Positions 9,116-15,200 of a stretch of DNA of 56,310 nt are shown here, in pieces (the first letter of the stretch is position 1; each line of letters opens with the position of its first letter). This DNA comes from a virus (Duplodnaviria > Caudoviricetes). The DNA lies in IMG/VR virus record IMGVR_UViG_3300044617_001003, positions 1-56,310 of that record; one strand, 5' to 3'. Position numbers and translations under genes: made by a program. The notes beneath the pieces were generated by a model. It ran no database searches. It was not told where the DNA came from and was given only the letters and a program-made list of their open reading frames with translations.

Positions 9116-9438
9116 GCCCGAAATGACATCGTCTCGCGATCGAACGACGAGTAGGACGGGGGGCGCCACTGCTTCCTGCCGCCGCCGACAAGCCGCTGCG
9201 CCTCCTCCTGCGGAGTCCATCGGCTCCGGATCTCGGCGCACTTGGCCTCGATCTCCGCAGGCGTCGGGTCGTCGTCCACAGAAGCCCGACTCACGAATCG
9301 CTTCGGGAGACCGTAGCGATCCTTGAGCAAATACATCAGTGTCCGCCTGATGCCGAGTTCCTTGCAGAGCATCTGATTGCTCATGTCGGTGTGCCAGAGT
9401 TCAAACAAACGCTTGACATCGACCCTCTGTCCTCTCAT
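9112..9438 (-). CDS. HTH-like protein with PTPAEI...EIR..W motif
   Basis: LCKELGI...LKDRYGLP; paralogous motif with 6937-7344. Confidence 0.75.
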   Translation of the reverse strand: MRGQRVDVKRLFELWHTDMSNQMLCKELGIRRTLMYLLKDRYGLPKRFVSRASVDDDPTPAEIEAKCAEIRSRWTPQEEAQRLVGGGRKQWRPPSYSSFDRETMSFRA

Positions 9439-9758
9439 TGCCCGGCCTCCTTGCAAATAGCCTTGTGTCCCTCGATCGCCTGCTCAACGCTTGAATATCT
9501 CTCGCAGATGTCGCACCCCGGAAACGTCATCGTCTCCCAGAGCAGCGGCGGCCCGCCGTCGTAGGCGTGGTTCAGCCCCAGAAAGACGGTCGAGACCCTG
9601 ATGCCGTTCTCCAGAACGTCGCTGGCGATGCTGAACCCGCAGCCTGTTTTGCTTGCGTACCAACTGGACGACTCCGGCATGGCGGCGTGCCACTCGAAGT
9701 ATTCGAGGACTCCGCACGGGCGTGTCGAGCCGCTCTCGTCGACTGTGTACCAGTTCAT
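9435..9758 (-). CDS. conserved phage hypothetical protein
   Basis: VSTVFLGLNH....PPLLWETMTF..RYS...A..GH motif, recurrent in phage proteins. Confidence 0.75.
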   Translation of the reverse strand: MNWYTVDESGSTRPCGVLEYFEWHAAMPESSSWYASKTGCGFSIASDVLENGIRVSTVFLGLNHAYDGGPPLLWETMTFPGCDICERYSSVEQAIEGHKAICKEAGQ

Positions 9759-10042
9759 TGCGCGGCCTCTGCTGGCTTTTGGCATGGGCAGTCGGGATGG
9801 TGCATCCCCCACTTGTCGCCAACGACGAACCAGTGGCCGCTGTGCTTCACGGTGCAGAGCGTCCACGACTCCGGCGGCTCGCTGTCCTCGGCGGCCGACG
9901 GCACCGTCATGTGGTCGGCGTTCTTGCGGGCGGCCAGGATCGCCGGCACGAGCAGGCCGACCAGCGTGGCGAGGATCGCCAGGACGGTGAGAGCCTCGAC
10001 GAGCGTGAAGCCGCGCCGGCCTGCGTTGTATCGCTGCGTCAT
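9755..10042 (-). CDS. prepilin-type N-terminal cleavage/methylation domain protein
   Basis: RRG-FTLVE followed by hydrophobic ALTVLAILATLVGLLVPAILAAR. Confidence 0.85.
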   Translation of the reverse strand: MTQRYNAGRRGFTLVEALTVLAILATLVGLLVPAILAARKNADHMTVPSAAEDSEPPESWTLCTVKHSGHWFVVGDKWGMHHPDCPCQKPAEAAQ

Positions 10043-10290
10043 TCTTCGCCCTCAAGTTCCTCATCGAACAGTGCGTCGGCGAACTCCTGGGCGGCATCGC
10101 CCAGGTGTTCGTAACGCTCCCTCAGTGAAGTTTGCAGCCACCTCGTCCTTGAGTTGCACTTCTCCTGCAACCTCTCAATCTCCTTCACCGCCTCCTCAAT
10201 CCACGACTCCAGCACGAACTCATAGGTGCCGATGTCTTCTGTCCGGTGCTTGAGAAGATCGCGAAGGACTTGGAGCAGCGGTTTCTTCAT
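10039..10290 (-). CDS. hypothetical protein
   Basis: ATGA-coupled; AAGGA RBS. Confidence 0.7.
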   Translation of the reverse strand: MKKPLLQVLRDLLKHRTEDIGTYEFVLESWIEEAVKEIERLQEKCNSRTRWLQTSLRERYEHLGDAAQEFADALFDEELEGEE

Positions 10291-10365
10291 CTGTCTCTTT
10301 TCCTTGATTTATGCGACACGTTGAACCGTCGTGTCGCCGCTTGCGACAGGTTTATATGCAGCACT

Positions 10366-10425
10366 CGGTAACGCCGTGCCTCGCGTCTCGCGGCCGTGCG
10401 GTGAAGATGCGGCGGGGTGTTATGC
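10366..10425 (+). mobile_element. degenerate attC-like site
   Basis: TAAC...CGCGTCT...AGATGCG...GTTATGC imperfect fold-back. Confidence 0.35.
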
Positions 10426-10470
10426 GGCACGGGGGGCGGCTATCGAGAACCGCATACTCACTGGTTCTGC

Positions 10471-10809
10471 CTACCCGTTCTCTGCCCGTGAAACAATCTC
10501 GCGAGCCACTTCGATCAGTTTCCACACCGCATCGTCGTAACCCTCGTCAGTCGCTCGGATTATCCGCTTGAGCATCGACAGCAAATCCGGTGAGGCGGCG
10601 AGTAGTCTGGCGTTGGCAAGATTCTCTGCGTTCTGGCAGCCAGGAAGCACAGCGAGGCACAAATACTTGCCAACGCCGTCGGGGGCAGTGGCGACGGCAA
10701 ACGACTCGCTTATCGTTGCGATCATCCACGGTGCTGGCGTGTGCGATGCAGAACCAGCGGATGCAGGAGGCATCGCTGCCGAGTCCTGCTGTGTAGTCGA
10801 ATCACTCAT
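10471..10809 (-). CDS. cassette A gene: phage protein with HTPAPW / NARLLAASPDLL motifs
   Basis: Common phage accessory motif; start codon and RBS lie inside attC1. Confidence 0.8.
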   Translation of the reverse strand: MSDSTTQQDSAAMPPASAGSASHTPAPWMIATISESFAVATAPDGVGKYLCLAVLPGCQNAENLANARLLAASPDLLSMLKRIIRATDEGYDDAVWKLIEVAREIVSRAENG

Positions 10810-10837
10810 GCGATGCTCCTGATCCTGCGTGTTATGC
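10748..10837 (+). mobile_element. attC site 1 (integron cassette recombination site)
   Basis: GCAGAAC-N5-GAT(G)CAGGAG(G)CATCGC...GCGATG-CTCCTG-ATC-N6-GTTATGC: R''/L''/L'/R' architecture with two extrahelical bases. Confidence 0.85.
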
Positions 10838-10996
10838 CTTCAAGTCAGCGCGAGTCATTCCGTCGTAGAAGTTCCACATCGCGTAAGGAAACAGTGCAAA
10901 CGGAATCCACCATTTTTCCGTGAGAACGAGGAGCGTGAATGTAAACGCAAATGTCACCGCAATGTCGATCAGCCGCCTTTTTGTTCTCTCGCTCAC
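10832..10996 (-). CDS. cassette B gene: 54-aa membrane protein (not in ORF track)
   Basis: GTG start with GGAGG RBS; MSERTKRRLIDIAVTFAFTFTLLVLTEKWWIPFALFPYAMWNFYDGMTRADLKA; TAA stop lies in the attC1 R' box. Confidence 0.7.
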   Translation of the reverse strand: MSERTKRRLIDIAVTFAFTFTLLVLTEKWWIPFALFPYAMWNFYDGMTRADLKA

Positions 10997-11024
10997 GGCA
11001 AATCCTCCGTTTCAATGATGCTTG

Positions 11025-11081
11025 GCATAACCAGCGGATGAAAGCGGACGGCAGAGCCGCCGCTTATCCTGCGTGTTCTCA
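11025..11081 (+). mobile_element. attC site 2
   Basis: GCATAAC-CAGCG-GAT(GA)AAGCGG(A)CGGC-AGA-GCCG-CCGCTT-ATC-CTGCGT-GTTCTCA; outer arms identical to attC1. Confidence 0.85.
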
Positions 11082-11234
11082 ATCAAAACAATGCAGGCGA
11101 ACGAACGCCTCCGCAAGAGCCAATGCGGCCCATTTCCTGAACTGCACAATCACTCGCCCGTCAATAACGACAGTCCACCCGGAACGCCGGTCGCATCCGT
11201 AGTCCCTGTCGTAGTGGAGGGCGAATGATTTCAT
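11079..11234 (-). CDS. cassette C gene: 51-aa hypothetical protein (not in ORF track)
   Basis: MKSFALHYDRDYGCDRRSGWTVVIDGRVIVQFRKWAALALAEAFVRLHCFD; TGA stop lies in the attC2 R' box. Confidence 0.65.
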   Translation of the reverse strand: MKSFALHYDRDYGCDRRSGWTVVIDGRVIVQFRKWAALALAEAFVRLHCFD

Positions 11235-11245
11235 ATCTGATTCGT

Positions 11246-11293
11246 TGAGAACCACGCGATGCTGCGGACGAGCCGCAGATCGCAGCGTTCTCA
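11246..11293 (+). mobile_element. attC site 3 (short)
   Basis: TGAGAAC-CACGC-GAT(G)CTGCGG-ACGAG-CCGCAG-ATC-GCAGC-GTTCTCA. Confidence 0.75.
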
Positions 11294-11710
11294 GCCTAAC
11301 CGCTCAATCACGCCGCGAAGCGTAGCCGCGACCCTCGCACAGTCCTCGTCATCGTCGTTGTCCGCATACGACTCCGCAGCACACGCAATCGCCTCCCGCT
11401 CCTCGTCGGTGAGCGTGGGCGAGCGGTAGAGCGGGACGACATCGGCCATGCCGACCACAGCACCTTCGGCGTCTTGTTGGCTGTACGACAGCCACATCGG
11501 CTGGCCGTTCTTGCCAACCGCTGCCCACGCCACCGGCTCCCGTGCATTGCCAGTGACCTCACCGTGTGCCGCCTCAAGCCGCAGCCTTGCGATCTCGGCA
11601 TCCCCTCGCAGGCGAGTGATCTCGTCTGCCGCCTCGTCAAACAACTCGCCGAGCCTCGCAAGGTGCAGGCCGCGCCAGCCGCGAAGTCGCGCCACAATGT
11701 CGTCACTCAT
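11291..11710 (-). CDS. phage hypothetical protein (DIVARLR / EAADEI.RLR / EPVAW / LTDEEREAI modules)
   Basis: Typical mosaic phage accessory motifs; stop lies in the attC3 R' box. Confidence 0.8.
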   Translation of the reverse strand: MSDDIVARLRGWRGLHLARLGELFDEAADEITRLRGDAEIARLRLEAAHGEVTGNAREPVAWAAVGKNGQPMWLSYSQQDAEGAVVGMADVVPLYRSPTLTDEEREAIACAAESYADNDDDEDCARVAATLRGVIERLG

Positions 11711-11960
11711 GCGAGCAGCATCCGTCGCAGCCGTGGATATTCTTGTGCCCCATGCCAACGCGATCCAAGTACGCCGCATCGTCTGGGTCTGGATGCCCTA
11801 CGCCGTGCTGGCAGATTCTCTCCATTTTCCCGGCGTCGTCTCGCCAGCGCATCGGCCACGACCTCATATGATGCTCCGAAGGGTTATGAATGCAGCAGAA
11901 CTCGCCAGCGCATTTCGCAGCGTCGTGAGTGACGAGGCTTTTCACTCTATTCCCCCGCAT
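11703..11960 (-). CDS. Cys/His-rich conserved phage protein
   Basis: C....CCIHNPS.HHM, ERIC.HGVGHPDPD, HGCDGCC. Confidence 0.75.
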   Translation of the reverse strand: MRGNRVKSLVTHDAAKCAGEFCCIHNPSEHHMRSWPMRWRDDAGKMERICQHGVGHPDPDDAAYLDRVGMGHKNIHGCDGCCSHE

Positions 11961-12168
11961 CAGCGGCCGCGTCAATCAGCGCTTTGCCGAGCAGCCTCGC
12001 CACTTGCGCCGAAACAGTGAAGTCAATGTCCCCAAAATGCGCCTTGCTTGCCCCGTATGGTGCGCGAACCTCGACGCACCCCAAGCCGTCGCAGCCCGGC
12101 CCGACCTGAATGCACGCCCCGCTCTCGTCGTGGTAAATGCGGCGGACGAGTTCTACGCTGTATGCCAT
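11947..12168 (-). CDS. hypothetical protein
   Basis: GGAG RBS before MAYSVELV. Confidence 0.65.
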   Translation of the reverse strand: MAYSVELVRRIYHDESGACIQVGPGCDGLGCVEVRAPYGASKAHFGDIDFTVSAQVARLLGKALIDAAADAGE

Positions 12169-12191
12169 CGCTTTCTCCGTAGCGCTTGAGG

Positions 12192-12404
12192 TCACTCGCT
12201 CACCCTTACGCCGCTGTCTTGAATCATCAGAAGAACCTCGTTCGCGAGGCGGCGCTCGTCGTCGTCCGGGTCGCAATGATCCATGATGGATCGGCAGTGG
12301 CTTTCGATCTGCCACAGCGCAGCGATGGCGTCGTTGCCCTGGAGGGCGGCATCGAACTCGTCGGAATCGTCCGGAAGGGTGAACGAGAGCGTGGCTCGCA
12401 TCAT
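12192..12404 (-). CDS. hypothetical protein
   Basis: MRATLSFTLPDD..EF..A motif; AAGGAG RBS. Confidence 0.75.
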   Translation of the reverse strand: MMRATLSFTLPDDSDEFDAALQGNDAIAALWQIESHCRSIMDHCDPDDDERRLANEVLLMIQDSGVRVSE

Positions 12405-12601
12405 TGCGGGATCTCCTTGTTCAAGAACTTGACCAACTCGGTTTCGTAGACATCGAACGATTGTTCGAGCATATGGCAGGCAAACAGCAGGCCGGTTGCA
12501 TCAACGCTTTCTGCAAACTCGGTGACTCTGCCGAACGCCTGCCGGAGAGACGAGAACTGCTCCTGCATTGCGACGAGGGCTCTCTCTACGCTCTTTTCCA
12601 T
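12401..12601 (-). CDS. hypothetical protein
   Basis: Coupled helical ORF MEKSVER... Confidence 0.6.
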   Translation of the reverse strand: MEKSVERALVAMQEQFSSLRQAFGRVTEFAESVDATGLLFACHMLEQSFDVYETELVKFLNKEIPQ

Positions 12602-12993
12602 TGGTCTCGACTGTCTTTCTCGAAAAGAGTTGGGAACAGCCCGGCCGACTTCGCGACCATGAGCATTCGCGGGTGAAACACCGCGACAGACCCGAGTTCC
12701 GCGACTCCGGCGGCCTTCAGGCCAGCGGCGGCGAAGGTCGCGACGCCACGGCCACGAAAACCGCCGTGAACAAAGGCTTCGAGCGTGTCCCAGTAGCCGG
12801 CCCGCTCCTCTTGCCAAGGCTCCGAGCGAACCCAGCCGACCATCCGGCCGCCGCTGAACACCAGGGCGATATGGCCACGGTAGACGCCTTCGCGGAGCGA
12901 CTTCTGAAAGTCGCTGCCTTCTTTGGTCAACGCTTCGACTGCAGCGAGTTCCTGCCGAGAGCAGTCATCAAGCGGTTTGACTGTGCATTCCAC
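12586..12993 (-). CDS. GNAT-family acetyltransferase
   Basis: AFVHGGFRGRGVAT acetyl-CoA binding motif A. Confidence 0.75.
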   Translation of the reverse strand: MECTVKPLDDCSRQELAAVEALTKEGSDFQKSLREGVYRGHIALVFSGGRMVGWVRSEPWQEERAGYWDTLEAFVHGGFRGRGVATFAAAGLKAAGVAELGSVAVFHPRMLMVAKSAGLFPTLFEKDSRDQWKRA

Positions 12994-13717
12994 GAGAAGC
13001 CTCCATGATTCTCTGGGCCGCGATCAGCCCGTACTCGGGATTGAGTTCAATTCCCGTTGCGTCCCTGTCCATTTGGACTGCTACTGCACAAACCGTGCCA
13101 GATCCCGCAAACGGATCGAGAACAGAGTCGCCAGGATTGCTCGACACGCCGACGATCCGGCGGACGAGTTCCTCTGGAAGTTGCGTCGGCACGCCCTTGA
13201 TTCGCTCGCGAAACGTGCCGCAGACCCGGCTCACCTGCCAGACATCGCCCATGATTTTTTTGCCGTCGGACGCAGCCCGCCGGTCGCCGTATTTTGCGTA
13301 CCTCGCTGACGGCACGAGGACCGCGTCGCGGTTGAAGGTGAACCGCCGGCTGTCCTTCGTCGCGTAGAAGATCGGCCTGGAGCATCGGCCGAACTTGCTG
13401 TGGCAGTAGACGCCGAACGTCTCGTGCCATGTAATCCTGTTTCGCATCGTCATGCCGGCGCGCCGGATGGCGATGTCGATGTCGGCGCCATGCTCCTGGC
13501 CGCTGATGACCCAGAGCGAGCCGTGCGGCTTGAGTACCCTGCAGCACAGGCCTACCCACTGCTCGCACCAGATGTCGTAGTCACCCCTCCTATCCGCCTT
13601 TGCGCCGGCCCCGTAGTCGATGCCGATGTTGTACGGAGGGTCCGCAATGACGAGGTCGACGCTCTCGCTGGGCATGGCCCTCATCGCGTCAGCGCAGTCG
13701 CCGATGATGATGCTCAT
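12968..13717 (-). CDS. N4/N6 DNA methyltransferase (beta class)
   Basis: DPPYN near the N-terminus, VLDPFAGSGT near the C-terminus, GIELNPEY. Confidence 0.92.
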   Translation of the reverse strand: MSIIIGDCADAMRAMPSESVDLVIADPPYNIGIDYGAGAKADRRGDYDIWCEQWVGLCCRVLKPHGSLWVISGQEHGADIDIAIRRAGMTMRNRITWHETFGVYCHSKFGRCSRPIFYATKDSRRFTFNRDAVLVPSARYAKYGDRRAASDGKKIMGDVWQVSRVCGTFRERIKGVPTQLPEELVRRIVGVSSNPGDSVLDPFAGSGTVCAVAVQMDRDATGIELNPEYGLIAAQRIMEASRGMHSQTA

Positions 13718-13965
13718 GGTTGCAACTCCTTTGCCCGCATCAACAGCCGCACGACCTCGGCGTGAGGCAGGCGCCCCCAGCCGACTGCACGGGCCGCGCT
13801 CTTGACCACCGCGTCGTCGCCACGCCCGTTGGCGTCGGCGACAACAATGAGGTTGCGAACGTGAGCCTCAAGCAGCGATATGCGTTCCTTCAGCGGCTCG
13901 ATCCGACCATGTAGCCTCGCGTTGCCGCGTATCGCACCGGTCAGTTCCTTTCGATAGTCCTTCAT
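13714..13965 (-). CDS. hypothetical coiled-coil protein
   Basis: Coupled to the methylase; start uncertain. Confidence 0.6.
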   Translation of the reverse strand: MKDYRKELTGAIRGNARLHGRIEPLKERISLLEAHVRNLIVVADANGRGDDAVVKSAARAVGWGRLPHAEVVRLLMRAKELQP

Positions 13966-14171
13966 CAGTGCCCCCGGCGGGAGTTGAACCCGCGTCTCGC
14001 CTGCAGCGCGTTTTATCCGTTGGCAGCGTGCGCACTCTGCGTCCAAACTACGGGGAACCCGTCAGTCGTCACCGAACCATGTCGTGCTGGGGAGGATCGT
14101 GAAGAACACGACGACCCCTACGAGACACAGGACAGTTGCGACGTTCAGCCAGATGTTTAGGGCGTCGTGTA

Positions 14172-14471
14172 TCACGACGCATCCTCCCGAAGCAGCGAGA
14201 CGCCGATCTCGCCAGGAGCAGCCGGCGGAATCGTGTCGGTTGCGACGAACTCGCGGAGGGCCGGCTGACTGCGGTTGCCGGCATCGTCGATGTCGACGAG
14301 AGCGACCGAGACGTTCGAGTCCTGGGCGACCTTGATCTCGCCGAAGTCCGTCGTTTCCTTGGGGAACGAGACCCGGGAAATCTGCTCACCGTTGACGGCA
14401 ACCGTCAACTCGCGGGAGACGACATCAGCATCTACAGCAGGACCGGCAGAAACAGAGTAGACAAGCGCCAT
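14172..14471 (-). CDS. single Ig/FN3-like domain protein
   Basis: Beta-rich; V.LVDIDDAGNRS and DTIPPAAPG motifs; CAGGAG RBS. Confidence 0.7.
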   Translation of the reverse strand: MALVYSVSAGPAVDADVVSRELTVAVNGEQISRVSFPKETTDFGEIKVAQDSNVSVALVDIDDAGNRSQPALREFVATDTIPPAAPGEIGVSLLREDAS

Positions 14472-14472
14472 G

Positions 14473-14736
14473 CTATTTGGCTCCTGTATTGTTAGACGAA
14501 CCCACAGAACAGGCCCGCGACACGCTATCGCAAGGCTTTGTATTGACTTCCGGAGTCGCGCAAGTTCCGCAACGAGACCGAACATCCAGCAACTCCTCCC
14601 TGTAGACCCCGACCCCGTCAGGGGCTTTGATTCCGAGCCTGACGGATCCGTTTCGCTGGACCCTGACGACGCAGACCTCGATGCCGCTCGAAGGGATCAA
14701 GACGCTCTGGCCAGACTTCCTTGTCACGACGAGCAT
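14473..14736 (-). CDS. csrA: carbon storage regulator CsrA/RsmA
   Basis: MLVVTRKSGQSV.I...I...V.....VRLGIKAP..V.VYREEL. Confidence 0.9.
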   Translation of the reverse strand: MLVVTRKSGQSVLIPSSGIEVCVVRVQRNGSVRLGIKAPDGVGVYREELLDVRSRCGTCATPEVNTKPCDSVSRACSVGSSNNTGAK

Positions 14737-15200
14737 GGCTCACTCCTGTGTGTCGCGGGGTAGCCTATCGACGAAATCCATTTCTGGCAAGCCTCGCGGA
14801 CGGCGTCGCTCTTGTGCTTGGAGGCACACCAGCGAATATACGCCTCTCCGTTCTCTGTTCTGGATGCCTGTGCAAGTGTCATGCCGGAGCAGATGCCCTC
14901 GAAAAAAACGAAGTCGTCGCTTGGCGCAAGAACTCCCTCGACCGCAGGAACGTGCTGCTGCCAGCCGCAAAACGCGCAGGCGATCAGCCACTGGCTCCGG
15001 TAGTCGTCGAGAATGTCAAAATAGGTAGCCTGACACTTTGGATTGTGGCAGGTGAAGTGCCCGTCTGACTGCCCGAGAATCGTCTCTGGCTCGTAGGAAA
15101 CAGACTGCGCCGGCGCCGGTGGTGGCTCCTGCTTTTTTGCGCGACGGGGCTTCTTGGACTTCTCTGGCTCCTCCGGCGAGATGTCGAACAGCAGGCTCAT
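14724..15200 (-). CDS. zinc-ribbon hypothetical protein
   Basis: CHNPKC...CAFC. Confidence 0.7.
   Translation of the reverse strand: MSLLFDISPEEPEKSKKPRRAKKQEPPPAPAQSVSYEPETILGQSDGHFTCHNPKCQATYFDILDDYRSQWLIACAFCGWQQHVPAVEGVLAPSDDFVFFEGICSGMTLAQASRTENGEAYIRWCASKHKSDAVREACQKWISSIGYPATHRSEPCSS

Noticed and set aside
14106-14170. Additional attC site near csrA
   Set aside because: It ends in GTA rather than GTT, and its spacing does not fit the R/L box architecture.
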